A stretch of DNA of 64,000 nt from positions 5,758 to 69,757 of the forward strand of contig JBDRPX010000023.1 in NCBI GenBank assembly GCA_043826565.1. Reading direction: 5' to 3'. This DNA comes from Candidatus Omnitrophota bacterium. Lineage in GTDB: Bacteria; Omnitrophota; Gorgyraeia; B26-G9. Shown here one piece after another: positions 27,105 to 36,592 of this stretch; position 1 is the stretch's first letter; every line of letters begins with the position of its first letter. Made by a program: the position numbers and the translations under genes. The notes beneath the pieces were generated by a model, which was not told the DNA's origin, made no database searches, and saw only the letters and a program-made list of their open reading frames with translations.

Positions 27105-28382
27105 TTAACGCACAAACGAAACAATTAATACCGTAACCACCATAAGGATAAAAAATATCCCCATTAGCGTATACACAAATCTGGCACTTTGTCTTTTTCT
27201 ATCAAATTCATCTTCCGTTATAATCGCCGAAATTGCTCCCAGAAGAGAAAATTCCAATCCTGCACTCGCATCATGGATATCTTTAAAAGAAGTATCGACC
27301 ATCTCAATTAAATAAACACAGGCATATCCAATCGCCACGCCTAAGGCAATACCCAAGAACAGAAACTGGATCTTATCCGGTTTAACAGGTTTCAGCGGAA
27401 GCCGCGGAGGATCAATAACTGTAAAGCGTGTTCCTTCTTTAAAAGCTTCCAACTGCTGAGTGATGCGGGCAGTTTCCAATCGTTGTAAAAGCATTTCATA
27501 AATATTTTGATTCACGGTAACATCCAAAGGTAATCCCTCGTATTTTTCCGAGTCCATCTCAGAGGCCGCTCCCGGGATATTTATTCCGCTTGACGGCCCA
27601 TCAGCTTCTCTTAATTCTTTCAAAAGTAAATAAGATAACAATTTTTGATCGCCGGACGCAGATTTTTTAGGAATAACCACTTCACTATCTTCACCTTTTT
27701 CTAAAGCCTTTTTAAGCCGGTCAATCCGCTCCTCAAGGTTTTTAACGAGGGGGTGATTTTCCGTAGAATCCACAAGCAGTTTACTTAATTCCTCCTGAAG
27801 AATTTTAATATCATGCTCTTTTATCTTACGCCTATACAACTTCAGCTGTTCCTCCAAAAATTTAACCGCTACTTCTGTCTCCTTTGTTTTAGCTCGGACA
27901 TTCTGCTGTATAAATATATCCGTAAGCGTGCTTACGACCTGCTTAACCTGTTCCGGTTTTTCTCCCAGGTATGCGATTTCTACGACATATTGACCTCTCA
28001 AATTTACCGTTATGTTCTTTTGAATGGTTTTAATCAATTCCTCATAACCAAATGCTGATTTTATTTCACTATCAAGTTTCAGCCGCTTAACAAGTTCCGT
28101 AAGGCTATTCCAGCTTAAGATCTGCTCACGAAGCATCCGCAACCTGTCGGAAACAGGCGTAGAAATCGCCAAACCGGTTATCAGAGGATTTATAACTTCC
28201 TCTTCTTCAACCAGAATAAGCGCCCGCGAAGCAAAGGTTTTCGGCAAAACAAAACTCAAGACAACCATTACAAACACTGTAATTATAAAAGGACATAAGA
28301 AAAATGGTTTTCTTCGGTAAAACACCTGTAAATAATCCATAAAATTTACCTGCATAAATAGCTCCTTAATTTGCTTCAGCAA
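27105..28382 (-). CDS. Polysaccharide chain-length determinant (Wzz/PCP-2 family; Wzc N-terminal periplasmic/TM domain, GumC-like)
   Basis: 425 aa. An N-terminal TM segment is followed by a long coiled-coil periplasmic region and a C-terminal TM segment. It sits directly upstream of a separate BY-kinase gene, which is the split Wzc architecture. Confidence 0.7.
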   Translation of the reverse strand: MLKQIKELFMQVNFMDYLQVFYRRKPFFLCPFIITVFVMVVLSFVLPKTFASRALILVEEEEVINPLITGLAISTPVSDRLRMLREQILSWNSLTELVKRLKLDSEIKSAFGYEELIKTIQKNITVNLRGQYVVEIAYLGEKPEQVKQVVSTLTDIFIQQNVRAKTKETEVAVKFLEEQLKLYRRKIKEHDIKILQEELSKLLVDSTENHPLVKNLEERIDRLKKALEKGEDSEVVIPKKSASGDQKLLSYLLLKELREADGPSSGINIPGAASEMDSEKYEGLPLDVTVNQNIYEMLLQRLETARITQQLEAFKEGTRFTVIDPPRLPLKPVKPDKIQFLFLGIALGVAIGYACVYLIEMVDTSFKDIHDASAGLEFSLLGAISAIITEDEFDRKRQSARFVYTLMGIFFILMVVTVLIVSFVR

Positions 28383-28429
28383 ATTAACCTCGAACCTTTT
28401 ACGGTGAGAGGTCTTTGCTCTTTAGTTAA

Positions 28430-29278
28430 TTAGTCTCTTCTTGGCTGATCTCTGTATAATACATCCTCTTCGTAAACATTATACGCTGCCGAACTTCTTA
28501 TAAACGGCGAAACAATCTGCTCCATTACCGTGCCGATCTTATATAATGTAGTCGAAGGAACATAAACAATATCTCCAGACCTTAAATCATAGTTTATTTC
28601 TAGCTCACCATTATATATAAGATTAAGCAAGTTAACTTTTTTAACTATCGGCTTACTGCCCTCTACCGGACGGACAATCATCGCCCGGCGTAAAGCAGCA
28701 ATATTTTCCCGCGGTAATCCTGCTTCCAAAAGGGCATCTCTTACCGGCATATATTCTGAGTGCATGCTGTATCGCCCCGGCCGCCCGACTTGACCGATAA
28801 CATAAACAACTTTACTATTGTATCCGATGATCGTAATATCTAATTCCGCATTAGCCACATATTTGGAAATAATGCTGGTCAATTTGCCAACTGCCTCTGT
28901 TTTCGTAAGATCCGCCAATGATATATCCCCCACAAACGGATATTGAATTTTCCCATTCGGGCCAATCGTAAAACGCCCGCTAAACTCTGGGTGACGGCGT
29001 ACATTTACATCAATAATATCATCTTTTCCCAGTGTATATTCCCCGGTATATTCTTCTTTTTTAATGTTATGGCGCCGTGTGTCCACCTTCTTTTCCAGAT
29101 AATCCATTGATTTTTCGCTATTATCTAAACCATCATCAATATTTTGCACAAAAGAAATCTCCTGTGCATAAATATTATTTACCATAACTAATCCGGCGGC
29201 GATCATCCCGGATAAAAAAAACAAAATAATTAATCCAATAAAAAACATTTTAGCCTGTTTTAATTTATCTCTTTTCAT
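28430..29278 (-). CDS. Polysaccharide export outer-membrane protein (Wza-like; Poly_export + SLBB domains)
   Basis: 282 aa with an N-terminal signal/TM. GPNGKIQYPFVGDISLADLTKTEAVGKL is the Poly_export (PF02563) core. Confidence 0.75.
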   Translation of the reverse strand: MKRDKLKQAKMFFIGLIILFFLSGMIAAGLVMVNNIYAQEISFVQNIDDGLDNSEKSMDYLEKKVDTRRHNIKKEEYTGEYTLGKDDIIDVNVRRHPEFSGRFTIGPNGKIQYPFVGDISLADLTKTEAVGKLTSIISKYVANAELDITIIGYNSKVVYVIGQVGRPGRYSMHSEYMPVRDALLEAGLPRENIAALRRAMIVRPVEGSKPIVKKVNLLNLIYNGELEINYDLRSGDIVYVPSTTLYKIGTVMEQIVSPFIRSSAAYNVYEEDVLYRDQPRRD

Positions 29279-29279
29279 T

Positions 29280-29486
29280 TTATTTCCCCCTTATATCAGA
29301 TTCGCAAAATACTGCTTCTTTAAAATTTCTGAGAACTTCCATATCTTCAATAGTATAGAACCGCCAGCTTCTCCAATCTCTCTTGGCTTTTTTAACCTTA
29401 CCTGATTTCTCCCAGCGCATAATTGTTTTAGGAGTGACTCCGATCCGCTGGGCGGCCTCGGTAATACTCATTCTCTCATTCATCAT
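29280..29486 (-). CDS. Small helix-turn-helix DNA-binding protein (MerR/excisionase-like HTH_17)
   Basis: 68 aa. MSITEAAQRIGVTPKTIMRWEKSGKV is a helix-turn-helix motif. It is the first gene of the ~29 kb minus-strand operon, and its stop overlaps the wza-like start. Confidence 0.5.
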   Translation of the reverse strand: MMNERMSITEAAQRIGVTPKTIMRWEKSGKVKKAKRDWRSWRFYTIEDMEVLRNFKEAVFCESDIRGK

Positions 29487-29720
29487 ATCATTACCCCTTT
29501 GTATTTCTTTCTTAACGTATTATTTTAACACTTTTTATATAGCATGTCCAAGACTGTCTATTACTAACCAATAAGTAGATAGTTGTTCTGTGAAGGTTAT
29601 AAAGTAGCAAGTATACCCTATAAATAGGAATTTGCAAGACTTGGAAGATTTTGCTGGAAATTAATATAAATATTTAACATTAGCTTATTGATTGCAGCAT
29701 GTTAGATGTTCTTATATTTG
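29487..29720 (-). promoter_or_regulatory. Intergenic region expected to hold the promoter of the export/assembly operon and the terminator of the upstream isoprenoid/glycosylation operon
   Basis: This is the only gap longer than 210 bp in 58 kb of co-directional genes. A GGGG-containing RBS lies about 8 nt before the HTH ATG, and a TTGGAC -35-like hexamer lies upstream on the minus strand. No clean -10 or terminator hairpin was identified. Confidence 0.3.
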
Positions 29721-30182
29721 TTATTTTATTGGCCTTGCCCGTTTATCTGTATCAATAAGCTCGATATTCATACCGTGTTTAGCAAAGATAAAAGCAATAT
29801 TCTCATTATCAAACGCTTCTCCCGGCTGCGGGGCAGCCAATACTCTTAGCCCCAGTTCTTTCTCTCTATCTATCTCTTTTTCAAGATCAGCACATTTAAA
29901 ACATAAATGATGCAGGCCTCCGCCTCGCTGCGTAAATATATAAATTGGCGATGTAGAGTCTGTTGGTTCAATCAGCTTTACAGGAAGTGACCCCTCCTTA
30001 GAAAGAAATACAACCTTAACCTTCTGGCGCGTATTCATAACAATCTCTGTCATCTGTTCATATCCAAATACATTTTTCCAGTGTTCAATACCAGTTTCCA
30101 GTGATCTTACCGCAATTCCTATATGGTCAATAATCATATCCGCTATTCCTTTCACAATAATAAACTGAGATTCTGCTATCAA
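29721..30182 (-). CDS. VOC-family protein (glyoxalase / methylmalonyl-CoA epimerase-like)
   Basis: 153 aa. HIGIAVRSLETGIEHWKNVFGY is a VOC βαβββ start. The C-terminal metal-binding His/Glu pattern is that of the epimerase/glyoxalase fold. Confidence 0.6.
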   Translation of the reverse strand: MIAESQFIIVKGIADMIIDHIGIAVRSLETGIEHWKNVFGYEQMTEIVMNTRQKVKVVFLSKEGSLPVKLIEPTDSTSPIYIFTQRGGGLHHLCFKCADLEKEIDREKELGLRVLAAPQPGEAFDNENIAFIFAKHGMNIELIDTDKRARPIK

Positions 30183-30748
30183 TCATATAACTCATTGATA
30201 TTGGCAAGATACTGCTCAGAGATACGTTTCCATTCGATTTTAAACCAAGGAGTATAGGCAAACGGGTTTTCCCGGACATCTCTGTTGAGCTCTTCTATCT
30301 CTACATATTTCCATTCGGCAATTTCCCGGGAATTCGCTTTAACAATTTGCGTAGCCTTACCCAGATAAACAGAACATAGCTCATACTCGGATCCCAGATC
30401 ATTAAATTGCGCTTGGTATTTAAATTTAAATAAAAACTTCAGCGGTAAGGTCAATCCCAGTTCTTCCTGCAATCGTCTCTGCAGAGCTTCCTCGCAGCTT
30501 TCTCCCTCCCGGGGATGACTGCAAACACCATTTGACCAAAATAGCGGCCAAAGAGGCTTCTCCGCGCTTCTCTTCTGCAGTAATACTTGTTTCTGTTCAT
30601 TAAAAATAAATATAGAAAAAGCCCGATGTAAAACCCCTTTGCCGGCATGGCTTTTTATCTTACTCGCATATCCGATAATATTATCTTCGTCGTCAACAAG
30701 AATTAATTTTTCATCCGGAGATGAGACCTTATTGCTATCAAATTCCAT
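30179..30748 (-). CDS. idi: Isopentenyl-diphosphate delta-isomerase, type 1 (Nudix)
   Basis: 189 aa. HRAFSIFIFNEQKQVLLQKRSAEKPLWPLFWSNGVCSHP...ALQRRLQEELG closely matches the IDI-1 active-site region (C in CSHP, the Nudix E-E-L-G motif). Confidence 0.85.
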   Translation of the reverse strand: MEFDSNKVSSPDEKLILVDDEDNIIGYASKIKSHAGKGVLHRAFSIFIFNEQKQVLLQKRSAEKPLWPLFWSNGVCSHPREGESCEEALQRRLQEELGLTLPLKFLFKFKYQAQFNDLGSEYELCSVYLGKATQIVKANSREIAEWKYVEIEELNRDVRENPFAYTPWFKIEWKRISEQYLANINELYD

Positions 30749-30766
30749 TTATATTACTCCTTTTTT

Positions 30767-32635
30767 CTATTTACCGATAAGTTCCCGGGCTACGGCAACA
30801 ATGTTTTCACAATCCAAACCGCAATCTTTGCGCAGCTGGTTTTGATCTCCATGTTCAATAAATCTATCCGGGATCCCGATAAGCCTTATATCCGCCTTGA
30901 TATTTTTGACCTGACACAACTCCAGCACTGAACTGCCAAACCCGCCTTTGAGAGAATTATCTTCAACAATCACCGCTTTTCCCGAATTATGAATAAATTC
31001 GGCAATTTCTTCATCCAGAGGCTTGGCAAATCTCGCATTAATAAGGGTAACCTTAAGCCCTTGCTGTTCTAAAATATCACAAGCTTTTAGGGCTTCGCAA
31101 AAAACTGTGCCGATGGAAACAATTGTAAGATTTTCACCATCTTTGACTAACTCACTTTTACCTATAGTAAGTTGTTGAACCGCTCGATCATTAAGATCAT
31201 CTCCGCATCCCCGAGGATAACGAATCGCTACCGGCTTACCTATCTGTGTGGCTGTAAAGAGCATGTCCCGCAGTTCCGAAGCATCTTTGGGAGCCATAAT
31301 AACCATATTTGGCACATGCCTGAGATAGGAAAGATCGAAACAACCATGATGCGTCGGTCCATCATTACCGACAAGTCCAGCCCGGTCAATAGCAAAAATT
31401 ACCGGAAGATTTTGTAAACAAACATCATGAATAATTGCATCATAAGCACGCTGTAGGAATGAAGAATAAATAGCCACCACCGGTTTTATTCCCTGTTTTG
31501 CCAACCCGGCAGCAAAAACTACCGCGTGCTGCTCCGCGATGCCGACATCAAAAAACCGGTCAGGAAACCGTTCCTTAAAAAGAGACAAGCCTGTTCCTTC
31601 CGGCATAGCCGCAGTTATTCCCACAATCTTCGAATCACTTTCAGCCAGTTCCACCAGTGACTTCGCAAAAATTTCTGTATAGGCAGGCACCCCCTGACAA
31701 TGCAAATGCTCTCCGCTTTCAACGTCAAAAGCATTGATCCCATGAAATTTTATCTTATTTTCCTCCGCATGAGAATACCCTTTACCTTTAACAGTTCTTA
31801 AATGTATCAGCGAAGCACCTTGAACGTCCCGAGCTTTTTTAAAAGCATCAAGCATAGCGTTAATATCATGTCCGTCAACCGAACCAATATAGTTAAACCC
31901 TAATTTTTCAAAAAGCAACCCCGGGGACCCCACTTCTTTTAAATGCCTTTTTAGTTCTAACAATTGGCTTTTTAATCCTTCCCCTTGATCAATAAGTTCA
32001 CCCAATGTCTTTTTTAGATTTTTATATATATCTGTATGCTCTATGCGATGAGCATATTTCGAAAGAGCTCCCACATTTTCAGAAATTGACATCCTGTTGT
32101 CATTAAGGATCACAATAATTTTAGTATTTAAATAACCAGCCTGATTAATTGCTTCTAAAGCATTCCCTCCGGTCATCGCCCCATCCCCGATTACCGCAAT
32201 AACCTCATAATCCTGATGCTGCAGATCCCGCGCTTTAGCCATGCCTAAAGCCGCGGATATTGACGTAGACGCATGCCCCGTACCAAAAGCATCATGCTCA
32301 CTTTCAAAAATTTTAGGAAATCCGCTCAATCCTTTATACTGACGTAAAGTATGGAATCTATCTTTTCTTCCGGTAAGGATCTTATGCGCATAAGCCTGAT
32401 GCCCCACATCCCAGATAATTTTATCCTTAGGGCTACTAAACACATAATGTAAAGCAACCGTCATCTCAACTACCCCCAAAGATGCCCCCAAATGCCCACC
32501 GGTCCGGGAAACAGTATCAATAATAAATTGCCGTATTTCTTCCGCTAATTCCGGTAATTGCTCCGGATTTATTTTCTTAAGTTCATCGGGATTACTAACT
32601 TTTTCCAATCGTTCAAATTTACTTTTTTCTTTCAT
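30767..32635 (-). CDS. dxs: 1-deoxy-D-xylulose-5-phosphate synthase
   Basis: 622 aa. The ThDP-binding GGHLGASLGVVEMTVALHYVF and GDGAMTGG motifs are present, as is the transketolase-like C-terminal domain. Confidence 0.95.
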   Translation of the reverse strand: MKEKSKFERLEKVSNPDELKKINPEQLPELAEEIRQFIIDTVSRTGGHLGASLGVVEMTVALHYVFSSPKDKIIWDVGHQAYAHKILTGRKDRFHTLRQYKGLSGFPKIFESEHDAFGTGHASTSISAALGMAKARDLQHQDYEVIAVIGDGAMTGGNALEAINQAGYLNTKIIVILNDNRMSISENVGALSKYAHRIEHTDIYKNLKKTLGELIDQGEGLKSQLLELKRHLKEVGSPGLLFEKLGFNYIGSVDGHDINAMLDAFKKARDVQGASLIHLRTVKGKGYSHAEENKIKFHGINAFDVESGEHLHCQGVPAYTEIFAKSLVELAESDSKIVGITAAMPEGTGLSLFKERFPDRFFDVGIAEQHAVVFAAGLAKQGIKPVVAIYSSFLQRAYDAIIHDVCLQNLPVIFAIDRAGLVGNDGPTHHGCFDLSYLRHVPNMVIMAPKDASELRDMLFTATQIGKPVAIRYPRGCGDDLNDRAVQQLTIGKSELVKDGENLTIVSIGTVFCEALKACDILEQQGLKVTLINARFAKPLDEEIAEFIHNSGKAVIVEDNSLKGGFGSSVLELCQVKNIKADIRLIGIPDRFIEHGDQNQLRKDCGLDCENIVAVARELIGK

Positions 32636-32680
32636 CTCTATATTCCTTTCGAAAAATACATAAATCAGAATCCTAAGAAT

Positions 32681-32989
32681 TTATTCCTGCTTCTTTTTCC
32701 TTTTAATCAATACCATATTACGAGCATAAATAATAATACCCGCGCCCTGGCCAACGATAAATACCGGATCCTGACGTTTTATGGCATATATGAACAGTAA
32801 GATCCCTCCGCACAAACTAAGCCCCCAAAAAGAATTCGGGATAACACTTTCTTTCCGCCTTTCCGACACAAGCCACTGCACTAAAAAACGCGCCGAAAAC
32901 ATCAACTGCGCTGAAAAACCAAGAACTAACCACCAATCAATAGTCTGAAGTAATTTTTCCAATTTATTTCTCCTTTGTTTCCACAGCAT
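32681..32989 (-). CDS. Small membrane protein, lipid-A-biosynthesis N-terminal (LAB_N, PF07578-like) domain
   Basis: 102 aa with 3 TM segments. WWLVLGFSAQLMFSARFLVQWLVSER matches the LAB_N consensus. Its position beside a GtrB-like GT2 is typical. Confidence 0.5.
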   Translation of the reverse strand: MLWKQRRNKLEKLLQTIDWWLVLGFSAQLMFSARFLVQWLVSERRKESVIPNSFWGLSLCGGILLFIYAIKRQDPVFIVGQGAGIIIYARNMVLIKRKKKQE

Positions 32990-33698
32990 TATCCAGCCAA
33001 TTTTTCATCATCCATCTTACGGCAAACATACTTTTAATCCCTATCCACAACCGATTAGAAATCCCATATTTGCTTTTCCCGGCGATGCGGGGATAATGGG
33101 CTACATCAACCTCAATCACCTTAAAACCCTGCATTTTGATCAACACAGGTATAAACCGATGAAAAGTATCATAAAAAGTTAAATTTGCAACACATTCTTT
33201 TTTAAAAACCTTCATCGGAGATCCAATATCATAAAAATCATCTGATAAAAATTTCTGCCTTATTTTGCGGGCAAAGGCGGTGGAAAAACGTTTACTAAAT
33301 ACATCATTACGCTTTCTCCGGCACCCGGTCACACAATCATACCCTTGCACTAATTTGTCCAATAAAACCTGAATATCCCGGGGATGAGATTGCAAATCAG
33401 CATCCATTAGCCCTAAAATTTCATATTTTGCCTGTTTAATACCTGCGGCCAGGGCCGCGGTTTGCCCACCGTGTTTTTTTACTCTAAAAACTCGAAAAGC
33501 ATCTGTTTCCAGTTGCCGAAGCTGTGCATAAGTATCATCTGAGGAAGCATCATCAATATAGATAACTTCATATTTATCCAAATGACGATTATCCGATAAT
33601 GCCGTCGTGATTTCAGAAAACAGACGTTGAACATTTTCTGATTCATTATATAAGGGTATTATTAAAGAGAAATTCATCGCATTACTCCTTGGTTTCAC
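32964..33698 (-). CDS. Polyprenyl-phosphate glycosyltransferase (GT2; GtrB/ArnC/DPM1-like)
   Basis: 244 aa. FSLIIPLYNESENV...YEVIYIDDASSDDT...GLMDADLQSHP are the GT2 DXD/D motifs of bactoprenol-P sugar synthases. Confidence 0.8.
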   Translation of the reverse strand: MKPRSNAMNFSLIIPLYNESENVQRLFSEITTALSDNRHLDKYEVIYIDDASSDDTYAQLRQLETDAFRVFRVKKHGGQTAALAAGIKQAKYEILGLMDADLQSHPRDIQVLLDKLVQGYDCVTGCRRKRNDVFSKRFSTAFARKIRQKFLSDDFYDIGSPMKVFKKECVANLTFYDTFHRFIPVLIKMQGFKVIEVDVAHYPRIAGKSKYGISNRLWIGIKSMFAVRWMMKNWLDNAVETKEK

Positions 33699-35166
33699 TT
33701 ATATTAATTATTCGTATTGTCGGATTACTAAACGCGAAAGATTTATAAGCAGGTGAGATCTCCTCATACGGCAATTTAAATAATTCCCGATATGTTTTAG
33801 CCGCTTCATATACATTCTCATATTGATCCTTTAAGCTGCTACCAAAAATATATCGATCATATACAAAACTGCTCACCACAAGACAATCCACTCCATTTTT
33901 CCGAACTAAAGGAATATCCGCCTCAACAAGAGAAAACATGTCTTTATGGATAGATGCATATTCTTCATACAGAGCATTTTTATTCCTTTCCTTTATCCAT
34001 TTCTCTGCCTGCATTCGGGTATCTTTATTCAGGTTATTAACCAACTGTAATGAGTCATGAAATGGAATGCCCAACGTTAAAAGCAGTAATGGGTAAACTA
34101 AAACGCGCAATCTCGTACGAATTAAATAATTATTAATTACTAATATTATTTTAACAGCAAAAAAGTCCATTACCGGTATTATCGGAATCATATAGCGTAT
34201 AAAGTCTGGAAATGGCTTTAAAGGCACAATTTCATGTAAAAGATATAGATACCCGGCATAAAACAAAAGAACCTTTTCTATCCATTTTATTTGCCGCCAT
34301 CGAAAGATAGAATAAACAATTCCGGAAACCGCCAATACAGCTATAAGCAATGTCATCCCGGGGATTAAGCTGTTAAAAAAATGGAATCCAAAGCACTGGG
34401 AAAGTGCCGATATTTTAATAGCATGTCCCTGCAAAGCATGATTTTTCTCCAATAAAAAACCATGCCTAAATGTTGAGAAGTTAAAAACAATTGGATAATT
34501 CACTAACAAAAACGTAAAGCCGGAAACACAAAAAGCAGATATAATACTTCTATAATAACGCCATTTTTCTTTAACCTCGATAACGATAGGCATTACAAAA
34601 TAAAAAGGTATGAGTAAAAATCCTTTATACTGCGCGGAAATAGCCAGTCCCAGTCCTACGCCAAACAATAAAGCACGCCGCAGATCCCGATAGCGGATAA
34701 ACTCGATAAACAACAACAAGGAAAGCAAAGCAGAACAGGTAAATATTATATCCTCCTTCAGATAATGGGAATGAATTACCATACTCGGAGACATGGCAAC
34801 TGTTAAAGCTGCGAATAAGGCATAGCGTTTGGGTATGCTTTGGCGAAAAATCAAATAGGCAAACAAAACAGCTAAAGCCCCATAAAAAGCCGTAGATGCC
34901 CGTCCTAATTCAACAACAGATTGATCCGGAGTATAACAAAAAAAGACATTCAATAGCCGAACTGACTGCAGCATAAGTATCGGATGACGAAAATCCTGTT
35001 TATGCGTTTTTATAAAATCAACTTTTTTAATCTCATCGGGGTGGTACCCCAAGAGAAAATTATTATTAAACAGATTAAAACACAATGCAAAAACCAGGAT
35101 TAAAAGCAACCCTGCAATTTCTGCTTTTGTAAATTTCACTCTCTTGATTATTATCGACTCCGGCAT
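33682..35166 (-). CDS. GT-C fold membrane glycosyltransferase (ArnT/PMT_2-like)
   Basis: 494 aa with about 11 TM segments. The first periplasmic loop carries YHPDE, the GT-C 'DE' catalytic motif. Confidence 0.65.
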   Translation of the reverse strand: MPESIIIKRVKFTKAEIAGLLLILVFALCFNLFNNNFLLGYHPDEIKKVDFIKTHKQDFRHPILMLQSVRLLNVFFCYTPDQSVVELGRASTAFYGALAVLFAYLIFRQSIPKRYALFAALTVAMSPSMVIHSHYLKEDIIFTCSALLSLLLFIEFIRYRDLRRALLFGVGLGLAISAQYKGFLLIPFYFVMPIVIEVKEKWRYYRSIISAFCVSGFTFLLVNYPIVFNFSTFRHGFLLEKNHALQGHAIKISALSQCFGFHFFNSLIPGMTLLIAVLAVSGIVYSIFRWRQIKWIEKVLLFYAGYLYLLHEIVPLKPFPDFIRYMIPIIPVMDFFAVKIILVINNYLIRTRLRVLVYPLLLLTLGIPFHDSLQLVNNLNKDTRMQAEKWIKERNKNALYEEYASIHKDMFSLVEADIPLVRKNGVDCLVVSSFVYDRYIFGSSLKDQYENVYEAAKTYRELFKLPYEEISPAYKSFAFSNPTIRIINISETKE

Positions 35167-35212
35167 ACCACTCTCTCTTGTTAAATTACTTAATTTTCAA
35201 TTCGCCCGTAAT

Positions 35213-36526
35213 TTAACCCTTAAAAAAACCCTCAATTAAGCTTAACGCTTCCTTAGCTTGCGCATATTGGCTGATTTTATTCTTTAATATTTCAGAATTT
35301 TTTTTATACTTTTCCTCAATAAGTATTTTTTTTACAGCTGCCGACAGATCTGAAGGATCAAGATCATAGTGATTTTGCACTAAAAAAGCATATTTTCCAT
35401 AAGACCATTTGCAATTAATAATTTTAAAGTCTTCCTTGCTTAATTTTAAAACAATAGCGCAGCCAAGCTGTTCTAAACGCCTACCGTTACCTTCTTGTTC
35501 TGAATGAAAAGGGATTATAATCATTGGCTTACCACAAGAAACTGCTTCCATCATTGTTCCATATCCTCCGTGAAAAATCACTAGATCCGCTTGAGGAATT
35601 ATTTCTTGTGCCGGCACCCAATCAAAAAATCTTACATTATCCGGAATGTCGGTCAACTCTGACAAAGTAAATTTACCCGCTGTGGAAACGATCACATTTA
35701 CATCCAGATTGCGCAGTGCTTCAATTACCGTGAGAAAAAAATTCCGGCTGCCAACCAACCCGGCACCTCCGCCGATTGTAATATAAATCAGAGGCTTATT
35801 TCCTTTAACAAAAGAACCCCATCCTTTGTTTTTTTCCTTTTCCCTTTTAAAAATTAATGGCCCAACATATTTCAGATTTTTTTGGTCCATAATTGGCTCG
35901 ATCTCCGGGATGCTGGGAACGATATATAAATCGCCCTTTAGTAATTCTTCGGCTTTGATGATTTGCGGCATATTTAATTTAGTAAGCAGCGGATTAAATA
36001 AAGCAGCAGTATTCGGAGCACTACATTCATAATCCGCAGTTTTCCACCAAATAATACCCTTTGTCTCCGGATGTGAAGCATAGCGTACAACCTGCACCAC
36101 AGGCAAGTCTAATTTTTTGCCAACCAGGCCCGCAAGCATATGAGTATCCGCGATTAAAATATCCGGTTTAATTTTTCTGATAACTGCCTCATATTGCTTT
36201 AAACGATAATTCACAATTCTTAAGCTACCTAGCCCATCACGTAAAACCTGGTAATCAAGACCACTGAACTCAGTAAACAAAGATGTGGCTGGATTATTAA
36301 TCTTTGGTTTTTTTTGTAGAAATTTTTCTTTAATACTTTGAACTAGTGGCTTCTGATCTATCAAAAAAGTCGTAAATTGAGATTTAAGTTTAGGGAAAAA
36401 TTTTTTATCACTTAAAATAAAAACAGGCTCATGGCCTTTATTTCGCGCTTCTTGCGCCAAACAAATACAGCGGCTAATATGCCCGAATCCGCCACCACTA
36501 TCACTAGGAAAAAACACAATCTTCAT
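35213..36526 (-). CDS. UDP-glycosyltransferase, GT1 family (MGT/MurG-like GT-B)
   Basis: 437 aa. The N-terminal GGGFGHISRC is present. The C-terminal FHGGYGTMMEAVSCGKPMIIIPFHSEQEGNGRRLEQLG is a UDPGT-like donor-binding signature. Confidence 0.7.
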   Translation of the reverse strand: MKIVFFPSDSGGGFGHISRCICLAQEARNKGHEPVFILSDKKFFPKLKSQFTTFLIDQKPLVQSIKEKFLQKKPKINNPATSLFTEFSGLDYQVLRDGLGSLRIVNYRLKQYEAVIRKIKPDILIADTHMLAGLVGKKLDLPVVQVVRYASHPETKGIIWWKTADYECSAPNTAALFNPLLTKLNMPQIIKAEELLKGDLYIVPSIPEIEPIMDQKNLKYVGPLIFKREKEKNKGWGSFVKGNKPLIYITIGGGAGLVGSRNFFLTVIEALRNLDVNVIVSTAGKFTLSELTDIPDNVRFFDWVPAQEIIPQADLVIFHGGYGTMMEAVSCGKPMIIIPFHSEQEGNGRRLEQLGCAIVLKLSKEDFKIINCKWSYGKYAFLVQNHYDLDPSDLSAAVKKILIEEKYKKNSEILKNKISQYAQAKEALSLIEGFFKG

Positions 36527-36592
36527 TTCTGCTTATCCTTTTTATTTTTAAGAAAAATTTTATAGCAACCTATTCCCTTGATTTATCATGCC

